Shown in pieces: positions 51,192-64,000 of a DNA stretch of 64,000 nucleotides. The translations under genes were made by a program, and so were the position numbers. Every line of letters starts with the position of its first letter. Within the stretch, counting starts at the first letter, position 1. Origin of the DNA: Eledone cirrhosa (Eukaryota); assembly GCA_964016885.1 (NCBI GenBank), contig OZ024747.1, positions 36,518,001-36,582,000 of the forward strand, in the 5' to 3' direction. The notes beneath the pieces are model-generated. The model ran no database searches. It saw only the letters and a list, made by a program, of their open reading frames with translations, and was not told where the DNA came from.

Positions 51192-53475
51192 CTAGCAAAA
51201 GTACCAGGCGTTGCCCGGGTGTAAGTCGACCTTTGGTCTGTTAGAATGTGTGAAAGTTACTTCCCGCGCATCACAGGTTCAAAACTTCGAATTTGAATGA
51301 AAAAAAATAGGTTAGTAGACGCAGGTGTGTAATTTATTAATTGTAGTTACACAGTGTATCTTGAAATCGTTCTCTGCACGAATGACGGAAGTCAAAATCA
51401 CTTAATATTGAATTTTCAGTTAATTTAACGCAGGGTGAAAATGTCGATTTTTTTCAGGGTTTTTTTTTTTTTACAATTTTTGCGCTCACATGTGCAGAAG
51501 AAGAATTAAAAGGGCCTTTATCTTAACCGCGGCATAATGGCGAGTCTTTTGTGACAGTTTTCAAGAATATCGGACGTTCCTGTAAAAAGTTTACCCATGT
51601 GTAATTTTGCCTTGTTTTTTTGCGCAAAGTCGAGCCCCGCTTCAGTTTTATTGATTTTTTACATCAATGCGTGTTCTCTGAAGTAGATTTGAGTAGCTAA
51701 AAACCTGTCCCGGTATATTTGCTATAGGTGAAAAAAAGTTGATCACAATTGTATCTAGGGTTATTGCCCTTTGCAACAGCCTCAACGTGTCTTCAAGTAT
51801 GGTTTGTTAATTTGCTGTGGAACTAAATCTACTTTCGTCAAATCGGACCGAGGAATCAATGTTTCCATTTCTCTTTCTAGCTAGTGTACCCGGATACACA
51901 CGGATTTATAAGGCGCTGGATTTAAATAAATGAAGAACAAACGTTTCCTTTTGTGCTCCTATCTGTGATATTGGTATTTTGAAAAAATAGTCCACAAACA
52001 TCCATGGAGCATGTGTAACGCATGTATCAGGTTAAGAGAAAAAGGGTTTTCGATTCTCCATACATAAGATACAAAAAAATTGCACGCAAATAAAACGGAA
52101 TTTTAAGGCACTGCCCAATTCATAGCTGAAAGGTAAGAATCAAGTGGAATAATGTTTTGCGACATTGTCAAATGTACAACCGTACAAAAGCAAAGGATAT
52201 AGCCATTGAAATCTAGGTAGACCAAAGAATTTGGTGGTGTTGTATATCACAGGATTGTTTCCCAAAGTGAAGTTAGGTGATTGTAGTCGGTGTTGTATAA
52301 AAAGAATAAAAGCATACGGAAGTTTGAACACTTACGAATTAAGTGAAAATCACGTTGATATTCCTATCGGAGCAAAATGTGCTGATAAACCTGACGGATT
52401 GTTGTGTCAATATTGAAATCGTAGAAATTGCGAATCCCGACCTATAAGATATAATGGCTAGGCCTTGGGGGTGAAGGGGAAGAATTGGTATAATTGTTTT
52501 GCTGAACATTTTGACCATTAATTTAAATAGACATACGGTTTGGTTGTTTATGACCTAGAATGAGGGCCGGTTAAACGCGGCAGAAAAATAAGCCATGCTG
52601 ATGAAGTTTAGGGGCGTCGCAGGGAATAGATGAGGAGCTGTGAGTCAATTGTGAGGACCGTGGATGCCATCTTGATCGCTTTAGAAGACGCGATGCTACA
52701 CAGGATGCTTCTCGGCCAAAATGTGTGCACGTGTGCGCAATTAATTGCAAATACGCTCATAACATTTAGTCGTAAGCAGAACAAAAAATGCCATTATAGG
52801 TGGGCTAATAATGAAGACACAAACCCTGGTGAACTTACGTTTAAACACCCGAAAAGTTACTCACTTCCTGTGCAAAAGACTGTAACAGTAGTATTATAAA
52901 TTAAATAATTTTTTAGAACCTTTTGTTTAAAAAAGGAAAACATTGGATACGGACGTAACATTTTTTACAACTTTGTATGTGTACAATACAAATTGGTCAA
53001 CGTATTATTTAGTAATTTTTTTTTTCAAAAAGCATGATTATTTAAGACTGTTTGAAAATTTACTCACAGCTTTTAGCATCACAAAAGACACCATTAAATT
53101 TGGTTCCATTTTCAGATAGGGATAATACTGTATTTCCACTTGAATAAGGTGGAATATGAAAAGATAAACTCATTAATGGTCAGTCGTTTACTGAGACAGC
53201 TGGCCGTCCAATCAATAACGCACGTCCTTATATGGGCATATGAAATTTATTTTTATTGCGCCAGATGCAAACTAAGAGTTCTTGTGTTCGAATTCACATA
53301 AAATTTCATTGGAATCGAAAAACATTCTGTCATAGGGCCCGATTATCGATTTTTCGAAAATTTCAAGTAGCCTATTCCACTCTACGCGTTGAGTTTTATA
53401 TATGTGTGAGGTTTCATGAAAATTGGATGAACGGTGTAGCATGCAAGTTCGGAACACAAAACAATGCCTCTCTTC

Positions 53476-53485
<10 letters not shown>
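51192..53485 (-). mobile_element. Non-autonomous Helitron
   Basis: Minus-strand 3' end acccgggcaacgcctggt-acttttg-CTAG|T at 51192-51220; Helitron-like 5' start tatataaagtgaag...ccgttcatccaattttcatgaaac near 53480; no coding remnant recognised. Confidence 0.7.
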
Positions 53486-53513
<28 letters not shown>

Positions 53514-53661
53514 AACGAGTAGGACCCCGACGCCTGAGCTCAAGCCGTTACGACGGCTAATTCTGGACTAAAAAAAAAAACCCATCACCCACTCTACTAC
53601 CCTAAGTATTGAGTACTTTGGTGCGTTATGGTCCATCTGCTTCCTTACCACATTTCCTTCG

Positions 53662-53747
<86 letters not shown>

Positions 53748-56362
53748 GTGTGTGTAAATGTATATGTCCATTTTAAGCATGTCTGATTATATATAATCTC
53801 GTCGAGTACAATATATTCGGTGCATCGATGAACAACCAATTATGATATATGTTTCTCAATCGGCATCGGGTTTCTCACTACATGGCTGGTTGACCTTGTA
53901 TCTCATCAGCACATACGAGCTAGATAGCTTAAGTGCAATGAGAAATGATACTTCTATATAATCTGCCTCAACAACTGTGGGCCTTATCCCAGTAAGGCTG
54001 CAATTCAATGATTGGTTCCACAAAAAAATATAATTGAGTGTATTCCCGAGTGTATGAATATTACATTTGAGTTCGGTTGTATTTACAAACTATGCAGAGC
54101 AATTTCTCCGCGTTGTCACTGATCTGCCAATGCTTCATCATAATATATGAAAATGTATTGATATTTCTGAGGATAGGTAGCTTTAAACCTGCTAAATCTA
54201 TTTTACATGATAATATATTCGATGGTCAATTATTTGCTAGATTTATGCATTAATATACATATAACTGTAGACGAATATAATAGAGAAAATAATATATGTG
54301 AATTCTATAACACATTATAGTATTCATCTAGAATTTATTTAGTTTGATACAGTCCAGGCGTCTCCATGCAATTTGTATTCGCGTACATTGCTTTAATAAC
54401 AACAACAAAAGCAGAAATCATTAGTACTACAGTAGCTCATACAATATCACATATGTATTAATAGCAACAACGACCATGGATTAAATATATATATCATTCT
54501 CCGTACGGATCTTAAAAGCTAGCTTGAATCATGGATAAAGAATTATCTATTATGCTGGAACTGCAGAATTTAAACCCACGTTTATAAAAAATCAACGAAA
54601 ATATACACAGCGTTAGGAAAAGTAATTTAAACTGAGACACAAGTAACTATCACCATCTTCCATTATATGGTTTGACAAATTTCAGTTATGTCATTAACTT
54701 AAATATTTTGTTTTTCTCTTTTTACTTTAAAACTCTCCGTCATCCTTTCACTTGCGACGGTTTTCTGTTAAATTCACACTTTCTTTCTTTCGATTTTTAT
54801 CTGTTTATTTTTCCGAATTATATTAAATTAATTTATAACAAATCAGTAAATTATTCAAACCACTTAATTGGTTGTCAATTACAAGCTGAAGTTGAGTCTT
54901 TCTAATTAAAATCTAAGCAAATACAGGTCAATCTCTCGGAGAGGCCGAATATAATACAAAACCATTAACCTGCTGACAGGTGAAAACAAATTTCTGCGTG
55001 TGTACTTGCGCCTACGTGCGTCTGTGTGTATATGTGGTGCATGTACGTACGTGAATGAGCATATATATATGGAGATGCGTGTGTGTATGTTTGTGTATGT
55101 GTGGTCGAAATCGATTAGCGTCCCATTTAAAGTAATTTATTATGTATACATGACATTTTTGAGCGTCGTGGTAAGCTGTTTGTTAGTCAATTGTAGTTGC
55201 ACCCAAAGAAGATTCTGTGAGGAAACCATTACATATAATATTGTTTCAGCAAGGAGATAGCCACCAACATTTCAATCACTTTGAATTGTTTAATATAGGT
55301 TTTCATAAAACGTCAATTGGTGTGTAATTGAACTAAATATAATAAACATATTTATCAAATGTACTCTTTATGAAGTGTAATATTTGAATGTTTATGATAC
55401 CGCAGAATTTACTAGAAATATATAACTGAAACAGCTGGATTGATAGCCAATTATATACATATAAATATTTGAATTTAAAATAAGCAGATATTTGTAACTA
55501 CTCCTGTTAATACTGTCGGAGTATAACTTGGGTTTCATTGTTTAAAGAGTGTGAAGGAGCATGTGTGGCAGAATGATTTGGCTTACTCGCCTCGAAATTT
55601 AATTGAGTCTGCACATATTGGTTATCATAAATATGTGTAGACTCACTCATTTGGACCACAAGGGTGTTGAGCTCTTTTATTAAATTGGGAGGCTCATACA
55701 CTTTGGATGGCAGTGATTGCATAATCTCATGGTATAGATATGTCATTCGTTTGTTGAATATTTGGAATGCCGGTAGTCTATTCAAGGATATGTGTAGGTA
55801 CGGATAATAAATGATAATTATAAAACATTCGAATTCTTAGCAAGCATTGTCGCTTAGTTGGTATTGCGAATCAAGTGATATGTTTTGCCGAGTGTCTCAC
55901 CTGTAGAGGGAAAAACCAATGAAAGATCCCTTATTTAAATGTGTAACTAAATTTTGATAAAAGATATAGCGCAATGCCTTGGAAAGAAAACGATGCGTTA
56001 GGTAAGTCCTAGTTAGGAGCGGAAATTGGCCAGGTCAGTGCTCTTTCTGAGAGTATCGTTCAAGTTACCATGCTGAACGTGGTGGCACGACAGGTAATGT
56101 TGTTCGAAGTTATCGCTTATGGCTTCATAACAGAATTATGTGGCTATCACACGCAGAAGCCAAGACCGAGGGAACAAATATATTTGTCTAGTAATGTGGT
56201 GGATATTTTAAAACAGAAAATTTTCAGGCAAGAACATACAGACAATATTGTGATTGTCAACTAACAAAAAAGAAAAACATCCTTTTGTTTGTTACTTTCT
56301 AGAAAATACCTTGTATAATATATTTGATTATATCCATGTATTTCAGTTAATATTAATGGTAA

Positions 56363-56620
56363 AAGGGTGCAATTTTAGTGGATAGATCGTTGCGCTTACA
56401 AGTGCCAGGGTGTAAGTTCGTGTCCTGAAATGGGTGTCCTTGAGTAAAACACTTTATTTCTCTCTAGTTTACTCAGCCTTTGAAACAAGTTGCGACGTCA
56501 CTGATGGAAAGGTGCATCGGTACTTGGCTTTACATCTGTGGCTTGGAGAGGTAATTCTGGTATGTATGGGCGACTGCTGATCTTCCACAAAAACCTTGCC
56601 CAGATCTTAGGACTTGGGAA
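56363..56620 (+). mobile_element. Old tRNA-derived SINE
   Basis: Degenerate A and B boxes followed by gtgtccttgagtaaaacactttatttc, as at 13670. Confidence 0.55.
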
Positions 56621-57619
56621 GCGAAATGTTCTAGGTAAAAAGTATATCGTCATTCATAATCGAAGAGGGTCTCTAATGGAAAATAACTTTAGTACACTTC
56701 TGGTGAGATCATCCTTCTGCATAACTATATTTGCCGATGATTCCTCTCATAATTTAATAAATAGATTGAAGACGGCACATCGGAATTGGTATTTTTAATT
56801 AATATGAATGCGTTCTGGTTGTTTCTGATGAACATATTATGTCATCGGATATATGTAACTAAGTGATGTGTTTTTCTCAAATTATTGCGACATTAAGTTT
56901 GCAAGAGACCAACAGAATCTTTAATACAGATAAATCTTCACAGAACGTTTGTCGGATATCGCCGACAATTGCCTTGTTTTATAAAATACCTTGATTAAGG
57001 CTTTGCAACAATTTAGAACTCATGCCTCCAGAAAAAAAAAATAAGCTGCAAACATCCGGTAATTTTATTGCAAATATTCTAGTGTTATAAATAATATCAT
57101 TTTAATTCTATGATTATGTTTCAATGCTTGCTTTAAACGTGAAACTCTGATTTAAGAAAATATTAGAAATATTTTACCCACTTTACATTATTTCTTTTCA
57201 ACCAAACGACAGATGAAAGTAAACAACACCATCGACTTTGGTTTTAGTATTAGAACGACCAAGAGCATTGGAAAGCATAAGAAGCAAAACGAAGCAAAAC
57301 AGTCATTCAACAATCTAAAATTATGTTATGTCAAAGTTAATTTTGGTTTTCATCCATCGCGATAATGTTTACCATAAACATACAGTAAGAAAATATTTCA
57401 TATTCTACACAATATTTGACATATTCTACATATATAATCGAGATATATTCTTAATGGCGTACAATTACTAGAACAACCATCATTCAAATCAAGTTGGAAA
57501 TATCTATAACAAATATTGTAAAAGAGGTAAAACCATTTCGCGAAAACTTATTGTTTTTCTGTTTCTAATTTACATATTATTTATCTACCGGGATAATACA
57601 TTGCAAGTAATATGGTGTT

Positions 57620-57679
<60 letters not shown>

Positions 57680-57684
<5 letters not shown>

Positions 57685-58025
57685 ATAAGAAACGGCGAAT
57701 TAGTGTTGCGACGAATAACATTTATTAGACATATTACAATCGTTTCTCTGGCGACTAGCTCGAGGCACAATCGAAGTAATGTTCGAACTTGACTCTGAAG
57801 TTGCAAGGTCCTCAGTTACGTCTCGATTTCAGAGAGTCAGGTTCGATCATTATATCGATCGTGCCTCGAACTGGTCGCCAGAGAAACGATTTAAATAATG
57901 TCTAATAAATTTTATTCATCGCACCACTGATTCCCCGTTTCTTATGTGATATCATACTCTGCTCTGTAAGAGCATCGAGTGCTCAAACGGCATATCGCTT
58001 AAGGACGCTTTAAGCATGCCACACC

Positions 58026-58030
<5 letters not shown>
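57680..58030. repeat. Family A element as a fold-back pair: a minus copy with a complete hammerhead core (57728-57822) and a plus copy lacking CTGAGGA; flanked by (AT)n
   Basis: Minus strand: gacgtaa-CTGAGGA-...-GAAAC-gatt-GTA-atatgtc. Plus part 57824-58030 matches 46381-46585. Confidence 0.85.
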
Positions 58031-58060
<30 letters not shown>

Positions 58061-59055
58061 AACCAGTAAGACCCCGACAGCTGAGCTCAAGCCGTTTCGA
58101 CGGCTAATTCTGGACGATCGTTTCTGGGATTTATATGTGTGTTGGTATGTATATCATATAGATATATGTAAAAATATTACAAATTATAAGAGGAAATATA
58201 CATACCTTCACATATACAAGCCATCCTCAGAAATGATGAGATGTGTTTATTGAAAAAAACAAAGATTTAATATAAAAGGTCTGTTTGGGAACAGGTTTTG
58301 AATTGACCAATAGAAAAGTAGTTAGAGGTCAAGTTAATAGAATAGCAGTAGTAGAAATTTAATTTAGGGGGTAGAGGAATGCAGACTTATGTTTTGAATG
58401 AAAAGAATACTTTTGAATGAAAAGAATATTGTGTAGAATATGAAATATATATATATGTGTGTGTGTGTGTACGTGTGTGTGTGTACGAGTGTGTCAAAGT
58501 GATAACAAAATAACACAGTCAATGGACTAAATAACACAGTCAATGGACTATTTATTCATACATATTTATAAACGTATCAGTAAGGCTGGAATATCACATC
58601 TTTTTGCACAACAACTGGAGATTATTAGTTAACAACTATTTCCATTATGGATTTTTATCTCAACCGTAATTCTTCAGGAAATATACGGAACTAAAATCAA
58701 CAATAATTAATAGCACAAGACCTTATCAAGATAGCGAGAGGAGTGAAATAATGAATATTATAGATAGGCAGTGAGATTTCAAGTGCATACTATGCAGAAT
58801 ATTGTATAAGGTATTTTATTCAAACATGCATGTTTATGAACAGAAAATGAAAACAAATTTTGTTCGAAATGACTCAACAGTATAAATGAAGTAACGCTTC
58901 CACAATAAGTTTAATTTTAGAACCAGATTAGGAAAATACTAGGTAATTATATACATCTACTCTATATGTATGAAAATATGTATCGTTCCACAAATACAAT
59001 TTCTTCTATACATGCATAGGACGTTAACCAACGGAAAAAAGACTTTATAAATAAA

Positions 59056-59085
59056 CTAGTAGAATGGCTCGGCGTTGCTCGGGAT
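59056..59085 (-). mobile_element. Isolated Helitron 3' terminus
   Basis: Minus strand cccgagcaacgccgag-ccattcta-CTAG|T. Confidence 0.6.
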
Positions 59086-59206
59086 TTGCTCTAGGGTTCT
59101 TATATATTTGATATATATTCATCCTTATCGAGCCTCGTGAAGTAAATACGTTTGTTTATATTTTGTTATTGTGTATGAAAAATATCTGTACACGAATATA
59201 TAATTA

Positions 59207-61280
59207 CTAGCAGCTGAGCCCGGTTGCACTCGGAGCTACTCGGAGCCACTTTTCATTATGTTAATAAGTTGAGGGGCGACGTGAAGAGAGTGGTTTGACA
59301 GAGAGACGTTGGGTAGAGTAGGGTTCAAAGATGTTATTGCTTCTTTGTAGACAACGTTCCTGGTGTTGCCCGAGTTACCACAGATGAAGAGATTGTGTGG
59401 ACTGCCAACGCGGAAGCATCCGACGTATAATTGACCATGGGAAAATACCTGCTGTGTAAGATATAGGCCAACCTCTTGCAGCGATTGTCCTTGTGCTTTG
59501 TTAATGCTCATTGCAAAGCAGAGTTTTATGGGAAATTGCCGTCGCGTAAATTCATAGGAGACGTCAGAGGGACTAAGGCTCATAAGGGTAATTAACCTTG
59601 TCACGCCAGCAGCGGGTCCGCTCAAAATGGTTGTGTCCAGAATGTGGATCCTTATTCTTTTTTATAATTAAAAGCGTTCCGTTGCATAGTTCTGGTGCAT
59701 CCGGGTTTCTCAGCATCATAACTGGCACACCAACCTTCAGTTTCAGATCATGAGGAGGAAGTCCTGGAGGTAGTTGACTGTTGAGGAAATCAATTGGGTA
59801 GATGACGGCGTCGTCCGCCTTTTTATTGGTGTCAATCGACTTGAAGGAGACTTCATTTCCGGGAATCTGATCGAATAGTTTTTGGCTCATCATGTCAAAA
59901 GTGGCATTGTGTGGTGCCAGGTGTGATGGTGGAATCGTGATTCAAGGTCTGGAAATACAGAAGACATTAATTCGTCAATGTTTGACACAAAGTTCCCAAA
60001 AGGCAAACGGATATGCTCTTCATCCACTCCAGGTGTAGTTCCATTACCAACTTCCAGTTGATGTTTTGAGAAATCGATGGAGTCTGCGTCACCATGCACA
60101 TGCACTCTCATGTTGGTAGTCAGATGTAGTTTGTGGACATACTGCCATACGTAGGACGACTTAATGCATGCGTTCACTTCGTCAGCTCTAGTGTCTCTAG
60201 TGATAACAGGAAGAGTCTGTCGGAAATCGCCAGCCAGCAGTACTGTCGCTCCACCCATGACGCGTGAATTCCGACGCAAGTCCTTGAGAGTTCGATCCAG
60301 AGCCTCAAAGGCCGCCTTGTGACTCATGGTAGCCTCGTCCCATATGATCAGGCAGCACTCAGAAAGAAGATGTGCTCTGTGGTCAGAGTTACCAATGAGA
60401 AGATTTTGCAGCAAATCAGGAGGATCAGCCAGCGCCTGAAGTCGAACTTTGCCCCGGACAAGCAAAGACCTGGAGCCTCACCGACCCACTTCTTAGTCCC
60501 ACAAGACTGAAATACCTTATCCATTTTTCCAAGATCCACATCCGGGTGATTGGTGTAATCATCAGAAGGATTGTAGTTAAAGCCAGCTTTTAAGCAAAAA
60601 GTGTCCCTTGTAGAAGAAACATTTTCTTGACGTTTACGCCGTCTACCTGCCCGCCTCCGGAGTCTCGTCGAGAAGTGAGAGTTGGTTTCGAGTGCGCTGA
60701 TCAGAAAGACGGTCCTCACTTGACTCCGGAGTCTCGTCGAGACGTGAGCGTTGGTGCTGAATGCGATGGGCATCCGATGTCTCCTGGAGTTAAAAAAAAA
60801 CTGAATGCTATAACTCGGCCACTACTGTTTTACAATTTCTCAAAACAGAAATAATATTTTTGTGGAGATAAAATGAAGCAAAATAACAAAGGATATCGAT
60901 AAAATACGTACCTGCGCACGCGCCTCCATTCTTCGCAATTTAAGGGCTTTATTTCGTTTAGAAGAAAATACTGGTCGTTTTCGGTTAGGCATATCGTATA
61001 ACGATACTATAGAAGCAGTGTAAAAGTATTTTAGGTTACGGGAGCACGTAGTCGTTTCAATAAAAAGTTGCATTAAAAAAGGGAGGCATTGAATGTAAAA
61101 TGCTAAGTTAAAATTGAAAAATTAATGTCATTATTTACGTATAATGAATTGAAAATGCTTCATTAAGAGATGGATATAAAAGTATTTTAGGTTAAATAGT
61201 ATAGGGAGGTGTGTAGGATACATACATACATACATACATACATACATACACACACACGACGCTCAGCTTTATATAAGTAT
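59207..61280 (-). mobile_element. Internally deleted Helitron
   Basis: 3' end ccgagtgcaaccgg-gctcagctg-CTAG|T at 59207-59233; 5' start tatataaaagctgag..(GTAT)n near 61280; RepHel remnant inside. Confidence 0.88.
59320..60992 (-). pseudogene. Helitron RepHel remnant: exon 1 (60992-60912), intron, N-terminal ETPE repeats and Zn finger fused to the C-terminal half of a Pif1 helicase
   Basis: [84 protein letters not shown]; upstream AGFNY..GKMD..CG..KW..E.PGLC..GKV. Confidence 0.92.
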
Positions 61281-61363
61281 CGTGTGTATGTGTGTGTGCT
61301 ATGCGAGCGACGAAAGATCAAAGATATATAACACGTTACTAAAAGTTAACTAAGTTTGATGGT

Positions 61364-61423
<60 letters not shown>

Positions 61424-62389
61424 GAATATCTAACACTTTATTAGTATATCTCTCTGTCTAACGGTCTATCTCTCTCTGCAGTGTTGTCATATAGGGAGTG
61501 AAGATCGACAGAGAGAGTAACGCAGTTAAATTATAGCGAGGGCGAATGATATATTATAGAGAGAGGGAAGAGCGGCGGAGAGAGTAAAGAAACTATAGAG
61601 AGGTAAAATCGATAGAAAAAGACCTTTTTTTGCCCTAGTCTTCCATTTAGAGAACCCCAAAGTAGACCTGTCGCTTCCTCGGCACTTTTACATTAATGTG
61701 TAAATTCCCATGTCAATCAGAGCATTGGTACTACCCGTTTGCCTGTATCAGACAATTTTCGCTCATTTCACATTTATATAATAGATAAACAAACTATTTT
61801 AATTTCATGAAGGTTATCTTTAACAAACCCTACTATAACCAATTTCTAAATATGACATTTCTTTTCCAGAAATATAAAGACACAGATGGTAGAAGGAATT
61901 TATTGTTAAAAGAAAACGGCAAAACATCTAGAATACAAATACGTTCGATAAAATACGAAATAGCTTTTCAAGATTGCAACGTAAATAATATAATTCTTCA
62001 AATAGCTTAAAGAAATACGGCGTCTCGGTAAATATTTTTCAGTTATATGAAAATTACATATTTATGCATAGCTATTCGTTTTAGAGCTAAACAAACGTAA
62101 AACGAATCAGATGTTGAGAGATAATAATTATTCATTTTGACACAGAAACATTTTGAGGGGAAATATAAAAAGCAAAGAACTCTACACACAAGACACAAAC
62201 GGACAGGCAGGCTGACAGACAGACACACACACACACACATACACACACACACACACGCACGCACCCACACACACGCACGCACACACACACATACATATGT
62301 ATACATATATATGAGAGTATTGAAGTTTGCTTGAAGCATTGTGGAATAATAAGATATATTTTCTTTGGGTCGATTTGGAAGCCTCAACA

Positions 62390-62847
62390 ATGCAGATGGG
62401 TAAATATCCGGGTAACAAGATCCGGTGGTGAAGAGAAGAGAGAGATGTAAGTGAATGTAGAATGAGATGTATAGTGTGTAGAAGAATGCAGGAAAGAGCG
62501 TCAAAAATAAAAATAATAACACGTGATCGAGTTACCTTGGGAGATATTTAATTGCCCTATATTTCGGATTCACATCCATCAACTGGGGGTTTTTCCTAAG
62601 GTTATCTGTCAGATAGGAGCGATTCGTGTCCTCCGTTGTTCGTTGTTTTGAAAATCTGAGGTATTCAGCAGAGCACGCGCGCGTGTGAAATGGGGTCGGT
62701 CAAGCAGAGGTCGGCGGCGAAATAGTTCTTTTAATTGTGGGAGTGGGGTGGCGTTAGCTGTCAATCCATTGTATTATCTGCCTGTGCTGGTTTCTGTATT
62801 AGCAGTGTAGAATAGTGTATTCGTGTGGTGGTGGTAGTATTCCCTGC

Positions 62848-62879
<32 letters not shown>

Positions 62880-63860
62880 TGATGTCTCGCTTGTGTGTGT
62901 ATGTTCGCGTGTGTTGTTGCCTCGTTTGTCTGTATTAGCAGTGTAGTACATTCGTATGGTGGAATGCTACTGTGTGTGTGCGTGTGTTGTTGTCTCGCTT
63001 GTGTGTGTGTGCCTGTGTTGTTGCCTCGATTGTTTAAACCAACCACCTCATTTCGCTTCTCTCGGATCGGTTATTTATTTGTGGTCCTAGGCGTTTGATC
63101 CAAAGTGCTTCCTCGATTCATAATGTGCCGACGTTTCGTTCCGTCGCTAGCACTGTGACAATGGGCCTTCCGTCTTTGTTTCCGCATTTGGTTATGTGTT
63201 TCCGGAAAGACGAGGCCCTGGTGTTGATGTGGTCCTTGGTCCGGATGTGTAGCGGCCGGATTGTGCTACCTATATAGTAGTGGTTGCACTTGTTACATTC
63301 TATCTTATACACGACGTATGTGCGTAGGCACCAGTTCGTATGGTGCATCGGGCAGTTTCTGAGGGAGCAGGCGTCAGTCGAATTCCCGGGTTTCTTGGAG
63401 AGGCATTTTCGCAGGGAGGGGTCCGAGTGGGCCAGGGGAATGTCGAGGCCCTCCCTCCGTATTGCCTTGAGGATAGCGTTGGTGGTATTCTCGCCCAGGT
63501 GTGGTATTTAAGGAAGCATTTGTCTTGGGTGTTTCTCTGCTTCTTGCGTCTGGTTCTCTTATTCTGTTCGTGAGTGGAGCAGGGTACTCGTTCGTCTCCA
63601 GAATTTTGAGGAATCGCTTGATATGGGTGACACGACTCGCGGGATCGCTGCATCTGTTGATTCGGAAGTCGAGGAGGACAAGTGACTCGTCGTCGCTGGG
63701 GTGTTCAACACTGAAATCAATGTTCTCGTCCGTGTTGTTGACCGTCTCATAGATTCTGTTCACCATCTCTGTTCGCCACAAATAAATTACCGATCTGAGG
63801 TGGTTGGTTTAAACAAACGAGGCAACAACACACACACACACACACGAGTGAGACAACAAC

Positions 63861-63910
<50 letters not shown>

Positions 63911-64000
63911 ACAAGTGAGACAACAACACACGCACACACACACACAGTAGCATTCCACCATACGAATATACTACACTGCTAATGCAGACAAACGAGGCAA
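62390..64000 (-). mobile_element. Third PLE lineage: deleted RT end + GIY-YIG on the minus strand (63050-63770) with 3' UTR, plus an inverted 3' duplication from 63777 that runs off the window
   Basis: IDFSVEHP..LVLLD; CPMHHTNWCLRTYVVYKIECNKCNHYYIGSTIRPLHIR..H; 63777-64000 mirrors ~63085-62920. Confidence 0.85.

Noticed and set aside
53800-57600. Short ORFs in AT-rich unique DNA (for example 55507-55785; also 5434-5688)
   Set aside because: No recognisable domains or convincing exon structure; treated as intronic or intergenic.
62553-62592. Hammerhead in the 3' repeat of the last PLE (minus strand ccc-cagttga-tggatgtgaatcc-gaaa-tata-ggg)
   Set aside because: The core deviates from CUGANGA at two positions; at best a decayed remnant.

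Overview
AT-rich, microsatellite-dense eukaryotic DNA. The SINE family resembles those I recall from octopod cephalopods, but this is an inference. No host protein-coding gene can be supported; the window is a stack of transposable elements. (1) A same-strand chain SINE-(ATT)n-Tx1/L1-(ATT)n-Tx1/L1-(ATT)n-SINE lies at 21.9-34.3 kb, and the SINE and LINE share a 3' terminus (CCTTGTG..CC..AGAAA..(ATT)n), suggesting a LINE-SINE partnership that inserts into its own tails. (2) There are five Penelope-like elements (RT + GIY-YIG) of at least three lineages. Three have inverted 3' duplications, and one preserves microhomology template-switch junctions. (3) Several short non-coding repeat families carry type I hammerhead ribozyme folds, some with long stem II, and often form fold-back palindromes within (AT)n tracts. 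(4) There are three Helitron derivatives, one with an intron and an in-frame Zn-finger/Pif1 fusion lacking Rep. (5) RTE fragments, tRNA-derived SINEs and a mariner-type MITE complete the inventory. All coding elements carry stops or frameshifts. Coordinates and similarities were read by eye, so boundaries are approximate unless an exact motif is quoted.
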